Under the pieces are notes generated by a model. That model saw only the letters and a list, made by a program, of their open reading frames with translations. It had not been told where the DNA came from and did not search any database. Both the position numbers and the translations under genes were made by a program. A stretch of DNA of 64,000 bases from Octopus vulgaris (taxonomy: Eukaryota). The stretch is from positions 127,224,001 through 127,288,000 of the forward strand of contig OX597820.1 in assembly GCA_951406725.2 (NCBI GenBank), written 5' to 3'. Each line of letters opens with the position of its first letter. The first letter of the stretch is position 1. Of the stretch, positions 1 through 12,972 are shown in pieces.

Positions 1-12
1 ACATATATGTGC

Positions 13-55
<43 letters not shown>

Positions 56-330
56 GTGTGTATTTGTGTGTGTGTATATATGCATGTATGTATACAGAGA
101 TATGTATGTATGAGTATGTGTATGCACATATTTATATAAGAAAGGTAGGCTTGTGTATGCTTATATGTATTGTGTGTGTGTATGTATGTGTATGTATATA
201 TATATATATATATAAGGAAGGTAGGCTTGTGTATACTTATATGTATTATATGTGTATGTATGTATGTATGTATATATGTTTGTGTGTACACACACATTCA
301 TGTATATATATATATGTGTGTGTGTGTGTG
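1..330. repeat. Compound (TA)n/(TG)n microsatellite with an internal duplication
   Basis: Dinucleotide runs; ATAAG(A/G)AAGGTAGGCTTGTGTAT occurs twice (about 136 and 212). Confidence 0.95.
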
Positions 331-809
331 ATCAGAAAAGAAATTCAGTTGCAGCTGACTCCAACTGGAGTTTACTGCTGGTAAAGTAAAGGGTGTTGTT
401 GGTGGTGACTTCAGACTTCAGAGTTGAACTCGAGGCCAACTTTCTGTTTCAAATGAAGTGCTATGAAACCCTGTGGAGCTGCCAAAAATAATCTAGTTGC
501 AAAATTGTCAAGATTTAAAATTTCCTGTAGATTTCAAACATATATGAAATAGAAAAATAGTCTTACAAGTTTTAAAAGAAAATTAAAAGTTATTACTTTG
601 TAATATTATGATTTGCAGGAGTGCAATTATTTAATAATAATTCTTTTTTTAAATGGTTGGAAACCAGTGCATTGCAGGGGTTAAGAGCTGTTGTTATTCT
701 TAGGCAAGGGTGATTTTGTACTGACTGTATAAGCGTTGAAAGATTTCTGCAGAATCCAATTATATTCTTGAACTTACTCTTAAAATATTGCAAAAATAAA
801 GAGTATGCT

Positions 810-1100
810 GCTGCTATTGTTGTTGTTGTTGTTTAGCCCTAGGCCAGGTCCTGTCATGTAGACTTATGACTGAAGGCATTCCAGCTGTGATCATTCTTTT
901 TGTATATAGATGACTACAATGCTAGCACAGGTTGGACAGTTTAATTGGTTCCAATCAGTTGGGGAACCATGTCTTGCTCCAGTGTAGGGGCTTCAACTGT
1001 TAATATCTCAGGTGTGAACATGTCTCTGCTTTAGACAATAGGATTTGAATAAAGGGAGATTTAGCTATTTCTGTTAAAGTAAGGACTTTAGAGGTCTCAT
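810..1100 (-). mobile_element. Degenerate SINE family F copy with (AAC)n tail
   Basis: Shares the AGAAATAGCAGCCAAATCTCCCT...GGGCTAAACAACAAC consensus with copies near 26545-26710, 39300-39400 and 40563-41260. Confidence 0.55.
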
Positions 1101-2224
1101 TTTGGTTTGTTAATGTATGTTGGTTTGTTTGGAGAAATGAGTATTAATAGTTGGAAATGTATTTAAGAGTGTTTTGGTCTTTGTTTAATTATATAGAGGA
1201 ATGTGTATGTGCAAGCTAAGGCAGCCAACTGGCCGAGTCATTAAGTTGATGGATGGGTTGTTTAGGGGTAATTATTCTGCTTCTCTGCATCCTGAGTTCA
1301 AATCCTGCTGAGATAAACTTTGTCCTACTTCTTGGGATCAGTAAATAGATTACAAGTCTAGTAACGAGGCTGACTCATCTCTCTCGTTTTGCTCATTCTG
1401 GAAGAGATGAATTGTAATCAGAAGGATGAGTTCTGCCAAGTCTAAAAAGTACCTGAGGCACATCATGTATTATGGCAACACCCTTACAATTCTATGAATA
1501 AGTTAAGTGCCCCAAAGCTTAGCTTAGAATATGTGTAGACTGCATGGGGACAGTATACTAAACCTAGTGTACTGAATGACCAATTTATTGGAAATTATTA
1601 AGTGTGTTACGTAACTCTGGGATAGTTTTTGTTTTAGTGGATTCTTGAGGTTTGTGATTGTCGAGGAGTTATTGCTATGTGTAATGTTTGAAATATTTGT
1701 TCACTTTTCAACATTTTACTGATAAAGAAGATAAAGCTGTTGAGTAACAATGATTAACACCTGGTGAATCAGGTATCTGACCTCATTTGTTTTCCTCAGT
1801 GTCCTGGGTACTTTAAATCTGGCAGTGTTCACCCCTCTATGTATAGGAGTGACAGAAAGGAAAAGTAGAGAGGAGAAAGAGAGGAGTCAGCCTCATTGCT
1901 GGGCTGGTACTCTATTTACCTACCTCAAATCAAAGGAGGACAAAGTTGATATTCTACTTGATAATTGTTTCTCCGAAGAAAGCATAAACACTGATATTTT
2001 GTTTCTTTTGTAAATATTGTATCATCATACTTCAGCCTTCCATACCAGTATGGATTGGACAGTTCAGCTAGTTCCGATCAGTTGGAGAACCATGTCTTGC
2101 TTGAGTTTCTCATTTTTCACATGGTTTTTATAGCTGGTTACTCTTCAAACTCTTTGGATATCTTTGAAATGAAAACCATAATTTTTTTTCTTTTCTAAGT
2201 CTTAGAATTTTAAGACCACATTCC

Positions 2225-2681
2225 TTAACCCTTTAGTGTTTAAGTCTGTTATATCTGGCCAAAATGTTCTTTCCGTATTATATTCAGATCAGCCACATCT
2301 GACCTCACACACCTAACCTACAATGTCATTCTAGAAATAAACAGACAGGTTATTGAGATCTCAAAGCTACAATATAATGCATGATTAATTGAAAACAATG
2401 TGAAAAAGTATTATTGCTTTTGACTTCATAATCATTTCAATCTGCCTTCCATCCTGGCATGGGTAGGATGATTTGACAGAAGCTAGCCAGGTAGAAGACT
2501 ACCCTAGGCTACTGTATTTGTTTTTTATGGCTGGATGCCCTTCCAAATGCCAGCCACTTCACACTGTGGACTGGATGCTTTTTACATGGCACCAGCACTG
2601 GTAGGGTCACCAAATAACTTGCAGACAAGGAATGTTGAGAGGGGAGGAGGCATTGGAAAAATGTGAATGCTAAAGGGTTGA
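2225..2681. mobile_element. piggyBac-type MITE (family 2) interrupted by a family C repeat (about 2428-2660)
   Basis: Ends TTAACCCTTTAG...CTAAAGGGTT; internal sequence shared with 15793-16016, 28541-28895 and 52479-52662. Confidence 0.75.
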
Positions 2682-3297
2682 AGATGGATAAATTATGGTT
2701 AGAACCTTGATAATATAAAACTGAACTTCGACAGTCTTGACTACATGATGGTTTGGTAGGGGCTTCGACTGTTAGTTATTTGTAAATATTACAGCTGTGT
2801 GCATGTCCCACTAATCTGCTTTGATAAAACTAATCTCTGCTACTGAACCCCAGCGACACCTGGAATCAAGGCAGTTTCAGAAATAGCTTGTGTTGGAATT
2901 AGATTAGAAATACAAACAGAAGTGTATTCAGATTATAGTGAGATGGAGTAAAGATAAAAGACTTAATAGATTCCTTGTGAAATGCTGGCACAAGTCCATG
3001 ACCAAGATCTGTAGTCTCTGTTTCATATTAAGACACCCCAATATACATCTCTTATTTCCCAAACCTGAAATAGTTTTCCTAATAATTCATAATTATATTC
3101 TCAATGATGAATGTTCATCAGAATTGAACCTACATCACTAACGATTGGTCTTTTTTTTTTATGTGATATAAGTTAAACCAAACCATCAATACAGTGGGTT
3201 AGCTTTAAAGTGAACTCTGTTTCTCCAAGGTTCATTCAAACACATACCGTTCCTGTTCTTTGATGAAAATAAATCATGAATATGATATTAAGAACAT

Positions 3298-3569
3298 AAG
3301 CATGGCTATGTGGGAAGAAGCTTGCTTCCTAACCGCATGGTTCTGAGTTCAGTCCCACTGCGTGGCACCTTGGGCAAGTGTCTTTTATTATAGTTCCAGC
3401 CTGGCCAAAGCCTTGTAAGTGGATTTGGTACATGGAAACTGAAAAAAAGCCATCATGTATGTATCTGCTCATGCACACACATATATTCATAATTTAACAT
3501 CTGCTTTCCATACTAGCAGTGGCAGGGTGGATTGACAGGCGACCAAAGAGCTGCAGGGGTGAGTCATGC

Positions 3570-3654
<85 letters not shown>

Positions 3655-3835
3655 CACACACACACACACAGGTTTGTTTACATCCATGTAACTTAGCAGT
3701 TGGAAAGAAAGTGACAGATAGACTAAGTACCAAGCTTTAAAAAAAGTATTAAATACAGGGGTCAATTTGCAAGTAAACCCTTAAAAGTGGTGCCCCAACA
3801 TAACTGCAGTCCAGTGACTAAAGCATAAAAGATGA
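3298..3835 (+). mobile_element. tRNA-derived SINE family A with internal (CT)/(TA)/(CA) microsatellite
   Basis: Head TGGCT(G/A)TGTGG...GAGTTCAGTCCCACTGCGTGGCACCTTGGGCAAGTGTC; tail ending near TGACTAAAGCATAAAAG; many related copies in the window. Confidence 0.85.
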
Positions 3836-4369
3836 AAGGCAAATGACTTTTTGTGGGTGATGCAGGGTTTAGTTAGTTTGGTGAGGGCTTCTCTTTGTTT
3901 TCTCCTTGCTGAAATGAACAAAAGCAATTTGATTTCAGAAGTCTAAATTATTCAGGTAGAATTCTCCGAGGGAGGCAAAAGAGGAGCTGCTACCTCTGTA
4001 CTGGTTTCTTATTGTCAAATTTCAAATTAAATTGATACACTATTCATTCCAAAGCATTCACCACCACCACCACCACCACCCTCACACGCTTTCTAATTCC
4101 CCCCCCTTCCGCTTCCATCACAACCTAGATTACCTCTGTTGGTGTCTTTAAACTCTCCCCCCCCCCCACTCCCCTACTCTTCTTCCTCTATCTGTCTGCT
4201 TGTATTACTGATAACTTCTGAAGTGATTGTTAACTAAATATAATAATAAAAAGTGCAATTTAAAACTATAATGGCTTTCAGAGGGGGGGGGGGGGAGCTC
4301 TTATTGTTTATTGCTGTTTCTTTTTGTTTTTTTTGTTTCTTTTTTTATGCTTTGCAAGTGGTGGAGGGC

Positions 4370-4409
<40 letters not shown>

Positions 4410-4430
4410 TGGTTGGGTAGGTCGGTTGGT
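4370..4430. repeat. (GGCA)n tetranucleotide repeat grading into GGTT/GGTC
   Basis: Directly visible. Confidence 0.95.
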
Positions 4431-4655
4431 TTCAAGGCAGTTGTTAGGATTGTGTTTGCATATTGTTTGGAAAATGAATTAAGGAAGGAAAATAAATACG
4501 CACACACACGCACACGCACACACACGTGCGCAACCTTGACTGCACATAAGTGCAAATACATTCATCCATATGTAATTCCATCTTTTCCATCTTCGTTTCA
4601 TGTATGCCTCTCACTACGCACACACAACATGTATAGGAATCGGAGAAAGTTATTG

Positions 4656-4690
<35 letters not shown>

Positions 4691-6944
4691 CTTGATTGCT
4701 TGCCACATATCTAAATAGAGGTCTCAATGGATATCAGTTTGTTCTATCTAATGTTTGTGTTTGTATGTGCTTAATGATATGAATTTAGTGTGGCATGAGA
4801 TTGTGTGTGTGTGTGTGTGTGTATGTATGTGTATATATATATATATATGTATATATAATCTTCATAATATAACGGGTGTATATATGCACCCACTTATGCA
4901 TGGATTGATATCTCTGTAAATGTGTACAGAAATTCAAGCTGGTGTGTATGCGTAGAGATAAATGTGTGAATGCTTGTGTAAGAGATGCTGAAGACATTTT
5001 TTGTTAGTGATTTTTTTTTTGTTTTTTTTTTCTTTTCATTACCATAAAGTAAAATCCAAAGGAAACCTACAAAAGATTTTTGGGGATGAAATTTGAGTGT
5101 TATTTAATTAAGAAAAATCATTATAATCTTTGTTCCAATTTTAAAGAAAATAGTGTTTTTTTTGTAAGAAACTTATTTTGCTGTTTTTGTTTTTGTCACC
5201 TTCCTTCGTTCTGCTGCAATTTGAACTCTCTTCTCTTCCTGGATCACTTTACAATTAAAGTGCTATGGTTACCTCACTGCAGCTGGATTATTATAATGGT
5301 GAGGTGATGATGATTGAACGTACAATAGTATGCTCCAATAGTATGCTCCGTGTCCCAGTCTAAGTGAAGTTGCCAATATTTCAAGATCTCTAATTACATT
5401 CTTTCTTTCTTTCTCTCATTGTTTTACTCTCCACAATGGAATCCCAATTTTAATACTCTGCATATGTGTGTCAGGGGAGAAACCTGATCACCTTTTCATA
5501 GGTTATGGTTGTATGCTGTAACAGGGGGTGGGGTCAGTTGACAGGAAAATGACATGAGGACAGGTATGTTTCTAAAATCTCTTTCCCTTCTCTCCCTGTT
5601 TTGTCAACCATTATCTCCTCCCTATTCTCTGTTCCTTTGACAATTCTCTATTCTTTTTATCCCTCACTCTCCACTTTCATAGCCCCCCTTTATTTTTTTT
5701 ATTCTTTTCTTCCCCTTCCATTCTCATCTTTGTTGCCCCACCCCTTGCTTGGCCTGCTCTTTGACTCTATCTCAGTTATATAGTAGCACTCATATTGGTA
5801 GCTTGGTCATGTTGCTATCCCCACGTCATTTCAAAATATTCATTGGAGTTCTGTTGGATTACTGCTACTAATCAGGATTATTTTAATTCCTAATGGATTA
5901 CCTTCTTATACATACATATTTATATGATTCAGGAAAAAACACACACATTATTAATTGCAGCAAAAGTTTGTAGCAACTGGCTTCAGGATTTTTTCTTTTC
6001 TTTTCAAGATTTGCAAATCACTTTCTCTATTACCTTAAGAGCTTAAGAAAATGCAAAGAGCAATTCTTTTTTTTTTTTAAATCTTTTTAAGATATACATT
6101 TTGTACATATAATTGTTGATCATAAACGAGTTTATAGGATTCAAGGTTCTGCTATTTCTACAAAATAGCATTTTTGTTTTACCACCTGAATGCAGTGTAG
6201 TTGCATGTTTTTCTTTGATCACAAGCATTTTGTTTGTTTTTACATAATTTCTTCATTTCTTAGACTATCAATTTTTTTTTTTTTTAATTAGTTTCATAGT
6301 TGAGAAACAATACATATTAATGGTTACTTTGTATTGATGCATTCTGTACTTTCAATTTTTTTATTATTTATTTTATTTCCAAAGACATTTTGTCTTGTTG
6401 ACTTCTGTTGGTTTGTTTCTGTTCTTAATAACTAATCACCTTCAGGCTTTATGACATTCAGTCTGATTGATCTTCTGATAACTTAAATTTGGTGTTCAAT
6501 TAGTTGTATCTGTCCCAATCTTTGCACCTGTGTTTTTAAAATTTATTATTTCCGTATTGGTAATTTCCTGATAATTTGCAGTGATTCTTTGGAAAGAAAC
6601 CTATTTATTTTTTTTACAATTAAACAGTTAACTGCTGCTGCTATTATTATTATTATCATAATTATTATCAGAGCTGTGAGTTAATTTTTCTATTAAATCC
6701 AGAGACATCTTTATTCATATTTTCCTTTCCAGCTTGAGGCATTTTGGTTTTTTTTAATCCCTATGGACCAGACATCATTATTGCAAACATCTAGAAGTTC
6801 TGAACTCAATCAGTTTCTAGTATTTTAGTCTTTGATACTGTTTATTAAGTCAGTCATTGTACAATTGTTGTTTGGATTTATCGCTTGCAAAATTTTTGTT
6901 ATATTTTAAATGAAAACATTTTACTGATTTAGTTTGTAGTTATT

Positions 6945-7570
6945 CAGCTGGCAAAATGCTGAGCAACTTTTCATTTGTCTTTACATTCTGAGTTCAAATT
7001 CTGACTTTGCCTTTCATCCTTTCCACTTTGGTAAAATAAGTACCAGTTGTGCACTGGGGTTGATGTAATTGAGTAGCCCCTTCCCCAAAAAATTTCATGC
7101 CTTATGCTTACAGCAGAAAGGGTTATTACTTTTATTATTATTGTTGTTGTAGATTAACAGAATTGTCAGTGTTGCGAAAATGGTTTACAGTATTTCTTCT
7201 GACTTATTACATTCTGAGTTCAAATCCTACTGTAGTCAGTTTTTACCTTTTAATCCCTCCAAGATCAATAAAGTATAGTACCAGTCAAGTATTGGGGTAG
7301 ATGCTGTTGATTAATCTCCTCCTTTCAAAATTGCTGGCCTTGTATCTAAATTAGAAACTATTATTATTACTACTACTACTACTACTACTACTACTGCTAT
7401 GGATTTGCATAATTGTGTTGGATGAAATATCTTGCAATATTTGTTCCAAGTTGACCTTGCCTTTCATCCCTCTCTTAGAGGTCAATAAGTAGGGTTGATT
7501 TGATCAGATAAATCAATGACTTGACCTCCAAACTTCCTACTTTATTCTTATGTCAGAAATTATTATTATT
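6945..7570 (+). mobile_element. Head-to-tail run of about 3 degenerate SINE family B copies
   Basis: Repeated TTCTGAGTTCAAAT...TTTGCCTTTCATCC...AAGTACCAG motif separated by (ATT)n/(ACT)n tails. Confidence 0.75.
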
Positions 7571-8185
7571 GTCCTCTTCGCCCTTTTCCCTGGTGGCAAA
7601 TAAAAGACATCGTTATTATTGGTAGCAGAAGTAGTAGTAGTAGTAGTATTATATATTTCTCAGAATCGATTCCAGTTTAATCCTTGTCTGGTTTGATACT
7701 GCCACATAGCACCTTGGGTACTTAGGGTACCTTCAGCTGAGTACACTCTATTGCAAGCATTCAGGTTAGGTTTTAGGACACCTTCTCTCCTTATCTCCCA
7801 CCAGTCTTGGGGCCCTTAAAAGAATCCCAGGCACAATACTGCCTCTCGACTAACTAAAAAAAGAAAAAAACATTTCAATAAACACATTCTGTATATAAAA
7901 TAGATATTCTTAACAGCAGTGGTTATAAAAGGTTGTTTTCTGTTTTTTTGCAGTTTATTAAAAGTAAAGTTTTGGTTATACTTTGAAGTAAAATTATTTT
8001 TAAATCCATTGTTTTTATATTCTATACATCAAAAGAAGTTTACTATAGACACCCGTATACACATACAATCATATATGCACACATCACACACACACTTGTT
8101 TAATATTCTATTCATTTTGAAATTAGTTTCATCATATTCTACAGTTTTATATTATTGTTACTCTGTGTGTGTGTGTGTGTGTGTG

Positions 8186-8234
<49 letters not shown>

Positions 8235-8849
8235 TGCCAAGTGCCAGCCATCTTAAACTAATATATACAAACATGTAACATATATACACACAAACAAAAC
8301 ACACACACACACACACACACATGTATATATATATATAAAATTTGTAAAGTACTACAAGTGTATGTGCTTTGGATCCAATGAAATCTCTGATGTTTAAGTA
8401 TTGTCTTTCTTGAAAGCAAATTTCTATTCAATATTTAATTCTCCTTCAGCTGCTGCCTCTCCACCTCTCCCACCCTCCTTTCTCTTACTCTTTGTCTTTC
8501 TCATGTTTCTTTTTCTTCTTACTTACAAGCCTAGTTTTAATTTCATATTCAAGATACCGGCTTATTCAGTGTTTTGGGGCTTCTCTTTAGCTGTGTTTAT
8601 TATCTCAATCCTTTTCTTGTATATTCTCTAATATATAATGTCTCTAATTCTTGTCTTTTTTTTTCCCCTTCCTATCTTCTCAGTTTTGTATTTCTTCGGT
8701 TGTCTTTAGTTCTACTTCTACTGGTTCCATGAAACCCTATCTTGGTAGGTCTTTTCTTTTGAAGTAAATTCAATTAAATACTTTTTTTTTCCTTTCCAAA
8801 TTTGCTGTCATTGGATTGAAGTTTGTTGTTTAATTTACAAAATCACACA

Positions 8850-9430
8850 ATCACACTTGGAGAAAGATGAGCATGGCAGAAATGTAGACAAGGCATCCAA
8901 CATGAAAAATAGTCACACACACACACACACACACACCACCGATACACAGTGTAAACAGACGCATAGGATCATAACATAACGAGAGACTGACACACAGCAT
9001 AAACATGCATATAGACTTGCAACATAGGCATGCACATGGATGCAGCAGCATAAATATGTGCACACATGCAACTTGAACATATGCACACACTAACGATATA
9101 AACATACATGCACTTCATAAACATGCACAGCCACCCAACATAAGCATGCGTGTGTACAAAATGCAAATACATATAACAAAGCATAAACACTTGCAGCAGC
9201 AAACACACAACATAAACATGCATGGCATAAATACGCAGATGTGTATAGACACACGAAACGGAAAACATAAACAAATACAGCATAAATAAGCGTAAACACA
9301 CAACGCAGAACATAAACACCCGGCATACAGCTTACAAACAGCAAAAGCATACATGCATAACATAAACATGCAATCACTCATGGAGCGAGCAACAAAGAAG
9401 AACAGAGAAAATACATGATACAAAACATGT
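8850..9430. repeat. Diverged AC-rich minisatellite-like tract with a recurrent CATAAACA motif
   Basis: CATAAAC/CATAAAT/CATAAGC recurs many times at irregular spacing. Confidence 0.7.
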
Positions 9431-10878
9431 AAACATGTGGTGGGGAGGGAGACAATACGACATTAATAATGCATCAGTAAGTTTATAATATCAATGTTAG
9501 CAAAGAGGTATGAGGAGATGGTTTGAAGTATGGGGAGAGAAAAATAAACAAACAATGGGGGAAAAAACCCAAAAGTCAGCCATAATCATGAACGTCATCA
9601 TTTGTGTTTAAGACACACTATCCCTTCGTTTTCAATTAATTAATCTATTAATTGATTCATTCATTAATACCTTCTCTCTCCAAAGCCGCTAATATTTGTT
9701 AATGAATTTTCAGATTTGTTAGAAATCTCTCGAACACACATGCATATGCATTCATGCGCATACGGACGTGAACAAATGAAACAGCATATGCACATGCTTG
9801 CATGTGTGCACCGATACTCCCGCTCACTGCTTTCCTCCATCTCTTGCTCCATGAAACATTTCTTTTGATTTCTTATTGTGACAAGAATTCCTCTTCGTCT
9901 TCCTTGTCATCATCTTCCTGCTGTCTCCTGTTGTTGGTGTTGTGGCAGTTTTCTGACTTGGTGGTGGTGGTGGAGAACTAGCATTACTCTTGAAATTCTA
10001 GAAGACAATTCTATCCTACTCCACATCAACTTCCTCCTCTTTTTCTTTTTATTATTAATCTCATGGTTTTTTAAGTTTATTTTTGCTGTTTTCTGTATTA
10101 GTTTGTTACTGATCTCCCCCTCCCTCTTCTATTTTAATTTGTTCATTTTCATTTTTTTAAATAAATTTTACACAGATTCTGTATTATTATTATTATTATT
10201 ATTATCATCATTATTTTTATTATTATTATTATTATATTTCTTTTTCTGAAGTTGCAGCTGTGTTGTTACTACTGAATACATCTATAGTTTCTTTTCATTT
10301 TTGTGGTTCCAGTATAAATTTTGTAACTGCTCTTTCTCTGCCCTTGAGGCAAACATATCATTGTAAATGTTAATATTGACAATGGTTATGGTTTGCTATT
10401 ACAGTTTCTTTCTCAATTCATTTCAAATATTATAAGAAGCTTATTCTCAAAACATAAAAACAGCAATTATCATTTAGATTATTCTATTATTATTATTATT
10501 TACAAATCTGATTTCCATATTATAATTTTTTTTTAACATAAGATCTTACAAATTCATAGAAAACTAACTCAATAACTAATATTTACAAAAATCGTCACCA
10601 TCATTTTTGTTGTCATAAATTTTCTGTTTGTTTGCAATTATATTTCAATTTATTAAACCCAAGATTTTACCAGGCAATTTTCTTCTCGCAAATTATTAAC
10701 AATTCAAAGTGAAAAATAAGTTGTGTTTTCTGTTGCTTTTTTCTGCATTCACTACTCCTCCTCTTTATTATTTATGTATCTCCTCCTCCTTCCCTTCCTA
10801 CTCCTGATTTTTAATTTATAATAAGACTTGAAAAGTAAACTAAAACAAGGCAGTATAATTAGACAAAATTAGACAACA

Positions 10879-11030
10879 ATGGCTAATATTAATGAGGATC
10901 AAATGAAGGAAACATTGAGACTCCATGCTGCCATGACAATGCAGAAAGCATTTGAATCTTGTGCCAAAGTCGAAGCCACGCAACATTTTATTAACACTGA
11001 TGATGAAACAAAGTGCATTTATAGTATAAG
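10879..11030 (+). CDS. First coding exon (possibly an alternative first exon) of an unidentified large gene: MANINEDQMKETLRLHAAMTMQKAFESCAKVEATQHFINTDDETKCIYSI(R)
   Basis: ATG in ACAATGG context with in-frame TAG at 10870-10872; non-repetitive open frame; consensus donor AG|GTAAGT at 11030/11031 in phase 2, matching the next exon. Confidence 0.7.
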
Positions 11031-11305
11031 GTAAGTTGAAGTAGTTCCTGCTTCAAGACGAAGCTTTGAAACTTGGCACACACACACACACACACACACA
11101 CTCATTCTGGGCATTGTGTTATGCATGCGTCAGTATGAAAAGTGTTTACTGTTTTGTTTTTTGTTGTTGTTCTTTTTAAACCCACTCTATTTAGTTTATT
11201 TTACTTCTCTACTAATGTATATTTATAAATTCAATTTGTTTTTTTGTTTTCTTCGTGTTTGAAGAGGTTTCTTTTTCTCTTCTTCAAGAATATTTTAAAA
11301 TGAAA

Positions 11306-11645
11306 GCACAGGTGTGGCTGTATGGTAATAAGTTTGCTTCTCATTTGGGTTCAGGCCCACTGCATGACACCTTTGGCAAGTGCCCTCTACTATAGCCAAC
11401 CAAAGTCTTCTGAGTAGATCTGGTGGGCAGAAGCTGAAAGAAGCTTGTCTGTGTGTGTGTATTTTCCCCACTGTGACTTGACAATAAGTGTTGGTGTGTT
11501 TGTCTCTGTAACTTAGCAGTTTGGCAAAAGTGACTAATAGAATAAGTGCCACACTTTGAAAAATAAGTACTAAGGTCAATTCATTCAACTGAAGTTCCCA
11601 AGCATGGCTACAGTTTAATGACTGGCACCAGTAAAATATAAAAAA
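11306..11645 (+). mobile_element. SINE family A
   Basis: Family A head, body and tail motifs. Confidence 0.8.
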
Positions 11646-12089
11646 TAAACATTTCAGTTACTATATTTCTGGTAAAAATACACTGCCTTTGCTTCTGTTA
11701 ATTTTGGAACTTATTATAACCTTGTTATATTAAGCTGATATTTGGAACAATTAACATAAATTTTGATGGACGGTTTTAATGGTTTTAATTTAGGTCACTT
11801 TAAAATGGGAAGTTTGTACCATAGATCCCTAGGTGATCTTAGGCTAGTTGATCTGAAAATGGTTAAACTTGGTTGTTAACAACAGATGAAGAGAACAGAT
11901 TTGTGATCCAAAAGTTGATGCTTGATAGGAAAAGTCAGGCTACATTATAAATTCACCTTCTTAGGCAAACCTAGGTAGGAAGACAAAGGTTCAGGTCTCT
12001 GGTCAGCCACATGTCACATGGTCCCAGTGAAATGAGACTGCATTTAGAAACTGGTGATGCCTCCTGTTATTTGTATGATTCAGGGACAT

Positions 12090-12355
12090 CAGCTCATCCC
12101 GTTTCGTAATGTTGCTCTATTTTCTGAACTGGATCTTTTTTACTATGTTCTCTCTCCCTGAGGGTCCAGCTGGGGTTCATGTTGGTCAGCCACATGCCAC
12201 AGAGATATGACAGTTTGGGAAAGTGTCTTGCGGAGATGAGAATTGACTGGGACACTGCTCAGAGGGTTACCCAGTACAACTTGAGCAAATACCGACAAAT
12301 GGTGAATGCATCGATATGCTGCAGTGGTGCATGCCAACTGATCTGACCTGACTAT
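12090..12355 (+). mobile_element. Degenerate 3' fragment of an RTE-like LINE
   Basis: GC-richer island ending ...YRQMVNASICCSGACQLI* followed by a TGATCTGACCTGAC tail; resembles RTE C-termini. Confidence 0.35.
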
Positions 12356-12602
12356 CTTAGATGTGCTTGATTTAAACCTCAGCATATTACAGGTATTGAC
12401 TTTTTGTTCTAGTAAGAGAACTTTGAAATAATGACATCAATAAGCCATTCAAGCAGTGTGTGTGTGAGTCAGTAATTTTTACCACCATTTTACCGTGTTT
12501 GCATTGGCTTTGACAGAGAAGTTTCTGTAAAGTGTCTTGTCCATAAATAGTTTACATCTCTTGAATTTTACTTGTTTATTTTTCTTTATGTATTTTGTAT
12601 GC

Positions 12603-12972
12603 AAGCACGGGCATGGCTGTGTGGTAAGAAGCTCGCTTCCCAATCACATAGCTTGAGGATCACTCCCATTGCATGACACCTTCAGCAGGTGTCTTCTACT
12701 ATAGCTCTGGGTCACTCATAGCCTTCTTAATGGATTTAATCGACAGAAATTGCAAGAATTCTATGATGTGTGTGTGTTTGTCCCCACCCTCATGCTTGGC
12801 AACCAGTGTTTGTTTATGTCCCTGTAACTTGGAGGATAAACAAAAGAGGGTGATGGAAAAAATATCAGGGTTTAAAAAATAAAGGACTGGTATTGATTTG
12901 TTCAACCAAACCCTTCAAAGGTACACCAGCATGGATACAGTCCAATGACTGAAACAAGTAAAAGATAAAGAT
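12603..12972 (+). mobile_element. SINE family A
   Basis: Family A head through the TGACTGAAACAAGTAAAAGATAAAG tail. Confidence 0.85.

Noticed and set aside
10997-11010. CTGATGA...GAAA hammerhead-like words in exon 1
   Set aside because: No room for stem II; explained by the codons for T-D-D-E-T.
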